DNA of 64,000 nt. Source: Squalus acanthias (taxonomy: Eukaryota). The position numbers and the translations under genes were made by a program. This document shows positions 12,749 to 24,030 of the stretch, in pieces (within the stretch, counting starts at the first letter, position 1; each line of letters begins with the position of its first letter). The notes under the pieces are model-generated. The model did no database searches and was not told the origin of the DNA. It was given only the letters and a program-made list of their open reading frames with translations. Where the stretch lies: assembly GCA_030390025.1 (NCBI GenBank), contig CM059450.1:930001-994000 (forward strand), given 5' to 3'.

Positions 12749-13006
12749 TCACAAGGGTAGTCACTTGGGTGTTCTGTTGTGTTTAATTGTTAAATGCCAT
12801 CCTTTAGTCAATGTATTAAAATGAAGTGATGGCAAACTGTTGAAGTTCTGGACTCCGTCATTTCGGAAATGGAAGTTCCACATTAAGGGCTCAGGGCGAA
12901 TTATATTTGTCATGATGGTGGTCCGAGTGATGGGAAGCCACAGGTTCTTGTCCATTGTCTATGGTGTGGTAAGAAGGTGCCAGGCACATGTGTTTGAATG
13001 GGCAAC

Positions 13007-14205
13007 TTAAGCAAATCTGGCCAAGATGAGTGCATCCCTTGCATCCCAGGCAGCTATGTGCTCGCGTACTGCTGCAGCTGGTTGATGCGCATCCGCAAGG
13101 TCTTCGTTCTCGTTCTCCTCCTCCTCATCTGAGGAGGCTATGCGCTGAGCCACTTGTTCCTCAGGCAGCTGCAAGTCATGATGCTGTGCGATGTTGTGCG
13201 GTGCACAGCAGACCATGACGATTCTGGAGACCCTGGCTGCTGAGTACTGCAGGGCTCCACCTGATCTGTCAAGGCATCTGAATCGCATTTTCAGCAAGCC
13301 GATGGTTTGCTCGATGATGGATCTGGTCGAAATGTGGCTGGAGTTGTAGCGCTCCTCAGCTTCGTTGGATGGCCTCCTGAACGATGTAATTAGCCACGTC
13401 TTCAGGGGATAGCCCTTGTCTCCAAGTAGCCATCCGCAAAGTTGGTTTGGCGGACTGAAGAGCGGAGGCACACTAGACTGCCGCAGGATGAACGAGTCAT
13501 AGCAACTGCCAGGGTACTTGGCGCAAACATGCAAAATGTCCTTCTTGTGGTTGCACACCAGCTGCACGTTGAGGGAGTTGAAGCCCTTGCGGTTGACAAA
13601 AAGATGGGGTGCCTTAAGTGCCACATGTGTGCAGTCTACGACACCCTGCACCCTTTGCAAGCCTGCCATATTTGCAAAGCCAACCGCACGCACGGTTATA
13701 CTTGCTTGATCCGTGGAGAAGTGTATGTAATTGTGCGCCTTGGCAAAGAAGGCATCGGTTACTTGCATGATGCAAGTGTGTGCGGCCGACTGGGAGATGC
13801 CGCTGATGATCCCTGGAAGGAGCCTGAAGCAAAAAAGTTGAGTGCGGTGGTGACTTTGACAGCCACTGGTAAGGGGTGTCCACCTGCTCCTCTGGGCTCC
13901 AGGTGTTGGTGCAGCATTGCGCAGATGTCACCGACTACCTCTCGCGAAAGTCTCAGCCTCCTTTGGCACTGCTGCTCAGTCATGTTGAGGAAGCTCATCC
14001 TCATCCTGTAAACCCTGTTTTGGGGGTATCTCCTGTGGCGACGTGCTTCCCTGCGCTGGCACCTTCTGCCCTGTGCACCATCAGATGGGTGAGCAGCAGG
14101 TTGGCATTCCTGTTGTTGCTGCTGTTGTGCCTGGTTCTGCTGCTGCCGCGGCTGCTCGTCCTCCAAATCTGAGGACCAGGACGAAAGGAAATAAATGCTT
14201 CCCAT
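13007..14205 (-). pseudogene. Harbinger transposase (HARBI1-like DDE_Tnp_4 nuclease), frameshifted
   Basis: ORF 13759..14205 ([25 protein letters not shown]-terminal Q-rich run) and ORF 13007..13768 ([60 protein letters not shown]). Frame break near 13770-13800. Confidence 0.9.
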
Positions 14206-15896
14206 GCTGCTGGTAGATATCTCTGTTGAGGAATCGCTCAGTCAATGTTAGGAGAGGGTTTTCCCAGGAGGTCACAGTGGAGATAGATCTCAGCTTCACC
14301 ACTTCCAAGATCAGTAGACCTGAAAAAACAAAGTTATGCCACCTGCAACTGATCCTTGTTGAGAGCTCCGTTTTTATGGTGGAGCTGCAGCTGTTAGGAA
14401 GCCAGCCACTTGTCAACCCGACAGGATTAGTTGGCATGTTTCAGGAGAGACGTGCAGCACATTGGAAATGTGGCAAAATTTGAAAGGCCTCTCAAAATGG
14501 GATTATAGAGGTACTTAAGTGGTAGTTAAGTGCCTTAAGGGCCTATCCCGCCGCCTGGAGGCACGACCGAAACGGACTCTGCAAGCCTGCTTCTGGCAAA
14601 GTTGTGCGGAGGTGGGTTGACGGCGGGATCGGAACCCGCCGTCATTTTTTCAAATTTTCTCACCAGTCCCGCCTCCAAACCTGCCTCCTCAGGGCTGGTA
14701 AAATCCAGCCCCTGGATTGAGATTTTTCACTGCCATGCTCGCCAGCCCGCAGTTTTCCACTTACTCACTTTAATGGGCAGAAAATCGAGGACTGGCAAAC
14801 ACAGAAGTGGGAAACATAGGCATTTTGTTAGTCCTTTAACATCACTGGATCAGAATCTTGGAACTCCCTGCCTAATACCTCAGTGGGAGTAGTGCTAGAG
14901 TTTAAATAAAGCCGCGCAGTTTACTGGCACAGGTTACTGGTAAGTTTGTCTAGCTAGGACCATCCTACCCATTAGGGCACTGGATGCAGGATTATCAGAA
15001 ACTGAGTGGGAAGAATCCCGAACCCTCCAGCTTCCATTAGTAAACCAAGCTTGCTGGTCAATCATCAACAGCGCCCTCAAGTACTGCGGACCTACCTGGT
15101 GCAGGTATAGGGATTACCAAGGGGACCACAGAGGGATAACCTGCATTTTATTTGTATGTCTTTTATTAATTAAAATTGAAATTTTAATGAAATTTGAACT
15201 TAGTCCAATGAGCCTCTGGGGTTAGTGACAGCTATGATTACATCATGTGACTGGGATGACACTGGGACAACCTTTATGATTCAAGCAGTGTATGATAAGA
15301 AGAGGCCGGTCACATGCAGTTTGGTCCAGTAGACCCATGCTCATTTTGAACTGGGTTGATTTCCTCTCATTCAAACGAATTTCACTAAGAATTGTTATCA
15401 GAAAGTGGAGTCTTAACATTACATCAATTTTGACCTGGATTCCAACGTAAGTTCCAGAGCTGTAAGGACACTGTTCCATCTAGTTATTTTCTTCATTCAA
15501 CTTCTATTCTTTTGGTAAGTTATTTTTCTGTATCTTTTCCCCTATCCTTATCCTACATTGCTCTGTATCACACGCCACCTACAGCAAGAGCAACTGAACT
15601 GCTGCCAGGTCTCTGAATCTCATTCTAGCCAGAATGACTGGCCCTCCAGTTTTCATTCACTCCCCGTGGGAAGGTATCAGACAGCCTGCACTTGGTCACT
15701 CCCCAAGGGCAGGACTGTGATCACTAAAGTACTATGTGGAGAAAGCTAGGGACAAAATGGTTGTTCTAAAACTCTGTGGCACAGTTATATCACCATACCA
15801 CCACTTCTGATTTAGCATTTTAAAATCATGAGATGCACAAATAAAGAGCAGCTTGTAAATGTGCTGCACAAGCTGGAAAGGTAATGCATGGACAAT

Positions 15897-16380
15897 AGAT
15901 TACATACATAGGATATACGGCACAGAAACAGGCCATTTGGCCCAACCAGTCCATGCCGGCGTTTATGCTCCATTCGAGCCTCCTCACATCTTTCCTCATC
16001 TAACTCTGTCAGAATAAACCTCTGTTCCCTTCTCCCTCATATGCTTGTCTAACCGCCCCTTAAATGCATCTATACTATTCGCTTCAACCACTCCCTGTGG
16101 TAGCGAGTTCCACATTCTCACCACTCTCTGGGTAAAGAAGTTTCTTCTGAATTCCCTATTGGATTTTTTGGTGATTATCTTATATTGATGGCCTCTAGTT
16201 ATGCCACAAGTGGAAACATTCTGTCTGTATCCACTCTATCAAAATTTTTCCCCCTTATCTATTCTGCTAGTTACAACCTCAAAAAACTCGAACAGATTCA
16301 TCAAACATGATTTCCCTTTTATAAATCCGTGTTGACTCTGCCCAATCCTATTATTATTTTCTAAGTGCCCTGTTACCACG
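15897..16380 (-). mobile_element. CR1 3' fragment(s)
   Basis: Near-identical to 29793-30118. Minus strand encodes NREFRRNFFTQRVV.MWNSLPQ and ends in the CR1 3' tail; an RT piece lies at ~16265-16380. Confidence 0.75.
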
Positions 16381-16819
16381 CTGTTTACTGATAGAATAAC
16401 CACCAACCAGTAGGCAAGGTTGAGACTAGATTCTCTTCAAGGAAACTACATTTATAACATAAGTTGGTGATCTCTTTCTATCATATACTGACCTAGGAAG
16501 GGGAAGTGGGTTGGACAAATCTAGCCCAAATTGCTGGAATTAAAGTCTCTGCTGCTAACTGCAAGGGTTCTACGAGAAATGAGTATGAGCAGTCTGAATC
16601 TAGTTCCTGATGAGTATAGCCTCACATCATAGAAATGACCCGAATATAAACTGAAAACCTTAATCAAAGAAGCCCCAGGATGGGTGATGTGGAGGTGCAA
16701 TTCATCACAATAAAACAGGGAACACTGGAGGACTGCTTTTACACACCTCCTTGTAGATGCTGATAGAATTGTGTAGGTAGAGACATGGCTACAGGTCATC
16801 AGCCTGCCCTCTTGGCCAA

Positions 16820-17090
16820 GGAGATAGTGGTAAAAGAACCAGAGGGGAGATGAGGATTTTTTTTTTTTAATACAGCGAGTTGTTGTGATCTGGAATGCGC
16901 TGCCTGAAAGATGGTGGAAGCAGATTCAATAGCAACTTTCAAAAGGAAATTGGATAAATACTTCAAGGGGGAAAATTTGCAGAGCTATGGGGAAAGAGCA
17001 GGGAGTGGGACTAATTGGATAGGTCTTTCAAAGAGCCGGCATAGACACGATGGGCCGAAAGGCCTCCTTCTGTGCTGTATAATTCTATGA
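16820..17090 (+). mobile_element. CR1 3' end fragment
   Basis: tggaatgcgctgcctgaaagatggtggaagcagattc...gggccgaaaggcctccttctgtgctgtataattctatga, a CR1-type 3' UTR stem-loop and tail. Confidence 0.7.
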
Positions 17091-18597
17091 AAAGAGGAAA
17101 GGGGAAAATATGAATAATTTTAAAAGCGAAAGCTTGGAGCAATAATAACAGGTTTGTTAATCCTTTAGTATAGATGTCATCAGAGCCAGCGATCTGAAGC
17201 ACACACGGCCACCAGCATCTATCCTAACAGCTCCAGTCAGCAAAATAAAAAATACCACTCTGGAGTGATAGCAAAGTTGAGGTCTAATATAATATAAGGG
17301 GAGTAGTGTCACATTAACAACTCCAGGTTTTCTTTCACTATTTACAATATCTGTGATAAACCCTTTCATTAATTACAGTCTTGGTACTAACTGCCTCTAA
17401 TCTTTATAGAACACGCTCTGTCCAATACATTAAACACTCTGGGCTTGATTGTACCATGGCTTCCACCTTTGCTTTCCTTCTCAGCCCTCTTACTCTGGAA
17501 CATCGGTTTGAGAATAAACCACAAAGAAACTAGATAACAAACAGCAAGAGTCATCCAACACTGATTTGGAAAATAAATTGCAACTTTCAAATGGTATTCA
17601 ACAAAAATGCTGATCTATATTTTCAACCACAGACACTTGCTGCCAAACTCCATGGGATCTAATCTCACAAACTGTAAATCCACTGGGAAGTATCCTTCAG
17701 TAAAAGATTATTTGCCATAGATTGGCTTTAGTTTAAAAAAACATGACTAGCTCTCCCAATGGTCAACTGAATACTGTCATGACCCTGTTTAGTAATTTCT
17801 AGACTGCAAGATACATGTTGTTTTATTGATGATGGGGAATAATATCATATTCTAACTTGACACATATATTTTTAGTTTGTTAAAACCAGTTATTTTAGTA
17901 GTGCTCTCCTGAGAGGGCACTTGTTGGGAATTGATTATTTTTGTGCCATTGTAGCACCCAATGCCACTGGTTCAGGCAAAATTGACTCTGTTTAGTGATA
18001 CAGATCAGCAAAGCCCATGGTGCCTGTTGCATTTCCGACAGTCATCTGGAGCTGCAGGTGGGGCATTATAATAGCCTCAGTCCCTGGTTCATACTCCTGC
18101 TCACTATCCAGTGACGCCTTCTACAAAGGGCCCTTGAATGGATGGCTGTTGAGAACAGTTTTGGGCTCGACTCCGACACCTCTCAGGTCAAATAACTTGT
18201 CAACTGTAGGTGCTAAGCTCATGTGAAGAATGGTCACTTGGGCGAGGTACTAGATGATGCCCAGTGCCTGTGGACATGTACCCAGCAAGACATCAGCGCC
18301 CCCTTAGGAGGGGAGGGGAGAAAATTGGCAACAACAGAAAAAAGGCCTGTGGGAAGCACAAGAGCTTTTATAATTAAGATCTCCCAGTGACAAGCACATT
18401 CTGCTGTCGGTGATGCTACCTAACCATTTCCATGGAATTATGGGATGGTTTTGTTTGAACATATTTGCTGAAACTTTTTTCCTCTTGACAGGCGATGGGT
18501 GCCCGGGAAAATGTTGCCAAGCAAAAGGTACTGTTTTAACTTAAAGATAAACAATGAATTGTATGGCTGTCACATTGTAGGGTAACTGATTTCTTAC

Positions 18598-20502
18598 CAG
18601 TTGGTAGCACGCTCACCTCTGAGTCAGAAGGTTGTGGGTTCATAAGATAATAAGAAATAGGAGCAGGAGTAGGCCAATCGGCCCCTCGAGCCTGCTCCGC
18701 CATTCAATAAGATCATGGCTGATCTGATCCTAACCTCAAATCTAAAGAACACAAGAAGTAGGAGCAGGACCCGGCCACTCAGCCCCTGGGCCCGCTCCGC
18801 CACCCACAGGGCCTTGACCGATCCGAACTCAGCCTCATGTCCAATTTCCTGCCCGCTCCCCGTAACCCCTAATTCCCTTTACTTCTAGGAAACTGTCTAT
18901 TTCTGTTTTAAATTTATTTAATGATGTAGCTTCCACAGCTTCCTGGGGCAGCAAATTCCACAGACCTACTACCCTCTGAGTGAAGAAGTTTCTCCTCATC
19001 TCAGTTTTGAAAGAGCAGCCCCTTATTCTAAGATTATGCCCCCTAGTTCTAGTTTCACCCATCCTTGGGAACATCCTTACCGCATCCACCCGATCAAGCC
19101 CCTTCACAATCTTATATGTTTCAATAAGATCGCCTCTCATTCTTCTGAACTCCAATGAGTAGAGTCCCAATCTACTCAACCTCTCCTCATATGTCCACCC
19201 CCTCATCCCCGGGATTAACCGAGTGAACCTTCTTTGTACTGCCTCGAGAGCAAGTATGTATTTTCTTAAGTATGGACACCAAAACTGTATGCAGTATTCC
19301 AGGTGCGGTCTCACCAATACCTTCTATAACTGCAGCAATACCTCCCTGTTTTTATAATCTATCCCCCTAGCAATAAAAGCCAACATTCCGTTGGCCTTCT
19401 TGATCACCTGCTGCACCTGCATACTAACTTTTTGATTTTCTTGCACTAGGACCCCCAGATCCCTTTGTACTGCAGTACTTTCCAGTTTCTCGCCATTAAG
19501 ATAATAACTTGCTCTCTGATTTTTCCTGCCAAAGTGCATAACCTCACATTTTCCAATATTGTATTGCATCTGCCAAATCTCCGCCCACTCACCCAGCCTG
19601 TCTATATCCCCTTGTAGGTTTTTTATGTCCTCCTCACTTTTTACTTTCCCTCCCATCTTTGTATCATCTGCAAACTTTGATATGTTACACTCGGTCCCCT
19701 CCTCCAAATCGTTAATATAGATTGTAAAGAGTTGGGGACCCAGCACCGACCCCTGCGGAACACCACTGGCTACTGGTTGCCAGTCCGAGAATGAACCATT
19801 TATCCCAACTCTCTGCTTCCTGTTAGATAACCAATCCTCCACCCATGCCAGAATATTACCCCCAATCCAGTGATTTTTTATCTTGAGCAATAATCTTTTA
19901 TGTGGCACCTTGTCGAATGCCTTCTGGAAGTCTAAATACACTACGTCCACTGGTTCCCCTTTATCCACCCTGTACGTTATGTCCTCAAAGAACTCAAGCA
20001 AATTTGTCAGACATGACTTCCCCTTCATAAAGCCATGCTGACTTTGTCCTATTAAATTATGTTTATCTAAATGTTCCGTTACTGTTACTGTTACTGTTCA
20101 AGTCCCAAACCAGAGACTTGAGCACAAAAATCTAGGCTGACACTTGAGTGCAGTACTGAGGGAGTGCTGCACTGTTGGAGGTGCCATCTTTCGAATGAGA
20201 CGTTAAACCGAGGCCCCATCTGTTCTCTCAGGTTGTCGTGAAAGATCCTATGGCACTATTTTGAAGAAGAGCAGGGGAATTCTCTCCAGTGTCCTAATCA
20301 ATATTTATCCCTCAATCAACATCTAAAACAGTTTGTCTGGTCATTATCACTTTGCTGTTTGTGGGAGCTTGCTGTGCACAAATAGGCTGCCGCATTTCCT
20401 ACATTACAACAGTGACTACACTTCAAAAGTACTTCATTGGCTGTAAAGCGCTTTGGGACGTCCGGTGGTCGTGAAAGGCGCTATATAAATGCAAGTCTTT
20501 CT
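18598..20502 (+). mobile_element. tRNA-derived Deu-domain SINE (SacSINE1-like), split by a CR1 insertion
   Basis: tRNA-like head agttggtagcacgctcacctctgagtcagaaggttgtgggttca resumes at 20096 gttcaagtccc. Body contains gagacgttaaaccgaggcccc...aaagatcctatggcactatt; L2-type tail gaaaggcgctatataaatgcaagtctttc. Family name is from recall, not a search. Confidence 0.75.
18643..20095 (-). mobile_element. 5'-truncated CR1 inserted in the SINE B-box
   Basis: ORFs 19324..20028 and 18835..19317 (RT: DFQKAFDKVPH, GVPQGSVLGP, FADDTK, LVRPHLEYC). Direct repeat gttca at 18638-18642 and 20096-20100. Confidence 0.9.
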
Positions 20503-20539
20503 TATCCTCTTTGCATTAAGTCAAACATCAAGATTGGCT

Positions 20540-21385
20540 CAGGAATAGCACGAGTCTGATACTCCTTTTATATTGCTCCAATGTGAAGAGGAACCCCAAA
20601 AGATTTACAACTATGTTAATAATAGAAGGAAGGTCAAAGAAGAACTGGGTCCAGTAAAGGAGAAATTGATACAAACTACTGCAAATGATCAGGCTATGGC
20701 AGCTAGATTGAATGGATTCTTTTCAGTAGTTTCACAAAGGATAACTGAAGACACATTCCAATCACAGTAAAAGGGCAAAACTCCATACAGAAGTGAATAA
20801 AGAGTGTGTTATGCAGAAACTGGTAGGACTATTTATCCACAAGACTCCTCAGCCAGATGGGATACTAGGAGGACATTAATGAGAATTTGGTTGATATTTT
20901 CAGCACTTCTTAAATACTAGAGTTGTACTGAGGACTATAGGATAGTTAATGTAGTACCAATATTTTAAAAAGGGGTAAGGCACAAAACTGGTGACTACAT
21001 GCTGGTTAGTACAACGTACTTAAGGGGAAAAATGCTTTGCGTGTGTTCTACAGGGCATTATAAATGAACATACAACGAGCACAGCAATCACAGGGAACAG
21101 CCAGCATGGTCTTAGAAGTAATAAGTAATTGCTCACACAGCTATTGGAATTTATGAGGGGATAACTGAGCTCGCGGATGAGGCTAATCCAGTAAACATAG
21201 TTTACTTGGATTTTCAAAAGGCAAAGTTCCTTATATGAAGATTGAGAATTGGCTTACCATCAGAGGATGAATGGAAAAGTAGCCAGTGGTGTTTTACAGG
21301 GACCTGTTCTGGGACTCCTGCTAGTCACAGTATTTGTGAATGATACAGAACAGAGTGTCTATAAATTTGCTGATGACATGAACAT
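20540..21385 (+). mobile_element. Ancient, heavily decayed CR1 ORF2 fragment
   Basis: ORF 20573..20770 PQKIYNYVNNRRKVKEELGPVK. Degenerate RT motifs tacttggattttcaaaaggc and aaatttgctgatgaca. Confidence 0.6.
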
Positions 21386-21820
21386 AATAAGAACGTAAGA
21401 AATAGGAGCAGGAGTCGGCCATTTGGCCCTTTGAGCCTGCTCCACCATTCAATAAGATCATGGCTGATCTTCTACCTCATCTCCACTTTCCTGCACTATC
21501 CCCATATCCCTTAATCCCCTTAATATTCAAAAATCTATCGATCTCTGTCTTGAATATACTCAACGACTGAGCCTCCACAGCCCTCTGGGGTAGAGAAATC
21601 CAAAGATTCACAACCCTGAGTGAAGAAATTTCTCCTCATCTCAGCCCTAAATGGCCAACCCCTTATTCTGAGACTGTGACCCCTGGTTCTAGACTCCCCA
21701 GCCAGGGGAAACAACCTCTCAGCATCTACCCTGTCAAGCCCTGTAAGAATTTTGTATGTTTCAATGAGATCACCGCTCATTCTTCTAAACTCCAGAGAAT
21801 ATAGGCCGAGTCTACTCAAT
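21386..21820 (-). mobile_element. CR1 3' fragment
   Basis: ORF 21535..21819 LGLYSLEFRRMSGDLIETYKIL; near-identical to 38933-39360. Confidence 0.85.
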
Positions 21821-23057
21821 GGGCACGTATTGAATAGAAAAGAGATTGACCCGGAATTTCCTCTTTCTGCTGCTACACCACTGTAACTTTAATGCGGCAA
21901 AAATCCCGTATATGTGCCTAAATGGGGTTTCCACCGCACTTACGATGCAGTTATAATGGCACAGCATCATATAGCAATGCATATAGGAAGAGGTAACAGC
22001 AAACATCAGTATAAAATGAAAGGGACGTATTTTAAGCAGGCCAGGGAATTGCTAGATTGAGCTAGACCAACCTCACTGGAATGCAGCAGGTGTCTCCCCA
22101 AGGGATAAATCGATTAAAATGCAGGGAGAGATTTACCACCCAAGGTAGTTTTAACAAAAATAGCCAAAATAAATCCAAATACAAAATAATAAAATAGGGG
22201 AAAATCAAACAAGAATTCCATATCATGTCCACCAGTCACACAAGCAATCGGTGAGGCAGTCGGCACCACATATTGGCACTCAAGGGTCACCTGGGCTCAA
22301 TGCATGAGCAAGCAGTTTGACAAATCCTGCCCAACTTTCCGACGCATCACCAACCTGTCCGTAACACACTTGGTCAGGTTTGGCCCAGGAGCAGATCCAC
22401 CAGAAAATCCTCCAAAGTGCTCAACCTGTAAAATGAGTAGCCAAAAAATTAAAGGTAACCCTTTCAAATAATGAAAGAGGGGATATCTCAGTAGCAAAAA
22501 CAGAAAATGCTGGAAACACTCAGCAAGTCAATCAGCATCCGTGGACAGGGCAGACAAGTTAACATTTTGGGTGTAACCCTTTGTCAGAACTGAAAAAATG
22601 AACAATGAAATATGAGTGAATCTCCCCCCCTCTTATCTGGAGCCATTTCTGAGTTCCTGTTTACTACATTGAACTTTGAAAGTAAAGGCATGTTTCTGAG
22701 AAGAATTTCCTGTACTCAGTTACCTTTACCTGCTAACATTACACAAATTCCCATTGCCCACTGTTGGCCCCATTAAATTTAACAAAGATAGCACTTTGTG
22801 ATGTAACAGGAGGGGAATTCTAAACAAATCTTCTGTTCCATGCTGCATCTATCCGGCATTTGAAGCTCAGAGCACAGGAGCAAGGAGTGGCTGTGAAATC
22901 CTATGTAAGTTTACAGCTTTCTCCGTGTTTGTTGATTAGGATTATGTGACATAACAACAGAAAATGCTGTAAACACTCAGCAGGTCAGGCAGCATCCGTG
23001 GAGAGAAAAACAGAGTATTGAATAGAAAAGATTATGTGACAGTTCGGCAGAGTAGAA

Positions 23058-23272
23058 AGAAAGAAAAAGTAAGACTTGCATTTCTATAGCGCCTTTCACG
23101 ACCACTGGATGTCCCAAAGTGCTTTTCTGCCAATGAAGTACTTTTGAAGTGTAGTCGCTGTTGTAATGTAGGAAACGGGGCAGCCAATTTGCACACAGCA
23201 AGCTCCCTCAAACAATGACCAGATAATCTGTTTTAGTGACGTTAATTGAGGGATAAATATTGGCCAGGACAC
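23058..23272 (-). mobile_element. SINE 3' half (same family as 18598-20502)
   Basis: Reverse complement of the 20290-20500 sequence (aagacttgcatttctatagcgcctttcacgaccactggatgtcccaaagtgc). Confidence 0.8.
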
Positions 23273-23879
23273 TCTCTTTAGCGTGAACTAGGGCTCTCTT
23301 TAACCTTTAGATTTACTATCTGAGGATATTATGGTAGACCATTAACAAGCAGATCAGAAAGTGGGAATCAGAGTACAACAAATACATTGTTCACAGTATC
23401 GCTTGCACACCGTCTGCCTCTCTTTTACCCCCCATTTCTTTTTGATTACCTGAAAGGAAAGAGGTATCTCTATTTCCCTAATACTGCATGGCAGCAATCC
23501 ATGCCAGGAAGGAATTCAAGCCAATGTGGAGCCAAAACTGGGGTTTCTTTTTGGTGGGTCAAGATCTAATTTTTCCAACAATCTGGAGTAAGATTTTTTT
23601 GATCTGGTTTCTCCATCCTGGGGAGAGCCTGGCCTCACACAGGTGATAAATAGGACAATGCCCACCTTGGGTTGGCAGCTCATCTACTGATGGCACTGAG
23701 GCAAAGTCCAATCCCTCAAACCAGCCTCCTGCCTGATTTAACCAACTGAGAGCTCAGGCACAACCCCTGGGGCGGCTCACCCTGCACCCGGGTTTAGCAC
23801 AACAAAATAGACTAATTTTCTGTAGATAAAAAATATCTTTGGGGAGCTTATATTCATTAAATTCACCTCCTCTCCCCAA

Positions 23880-24030
23880 GCTGAGCTGTGGCCGGGGGCG
23901 GGGGCGGGGCCTGTTCCGCGCGCCAGTTCAAATACGAACGGTCGGCGGGTGGGCGGGGCTGTCCGAGAGCGGCCGGGAGCCCGCGGAGAGGCAAAGGAGC
24001 GAAAAACCCACTGATACACCGGGGGTGAGA
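23880..24030 (+). promoter_or_regulatory. Candidate CpG/GC-box promoter and non-coding first exon of the sacsin-like gene
   Basis: Only clearly non-repeat CpG-dense patch in the window. Tandem Sp1-type GGGGCGGGG boxes at ~23895-23910 and gggcgggg near 23951; donor-like g|gtgaga at ~24025; 2.3 kb upstream of the candidate coding exon at 26352. Confidence 0.5.

Larger units (their letters stand above)
10502..14711. mobile_element. PIF/Harbinger DNA transposon, near full-length, two convergent genes, inactivated
   Basis: Imperfect TIRs gggcttgattttgcca (10502) / tggtaaaatccagccc (to 14711). Myb/SANT-like gene on + and HARBI1-type DDE transposase on -. GGCGGG-rich subterminal hairpins. Confidence 0.9.

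Noticed and set aside
13007-14205. Domesticated host gene HARBI1
   Set aside because: Frameshifted, inside TIRs and paired with a Myb-like gene, so it is a transposon copy.
17011-17590. Cluster of short minus-strand ORFs in non-repeat sequence
   Set aside because: No recognisable domain, no convincing splice structure, and stops in all frames.
18598-18642. tRNA gene
   Set aside because: The tRNA-like head continues into a SINE body and L2-type tail after the CR1 insertion.
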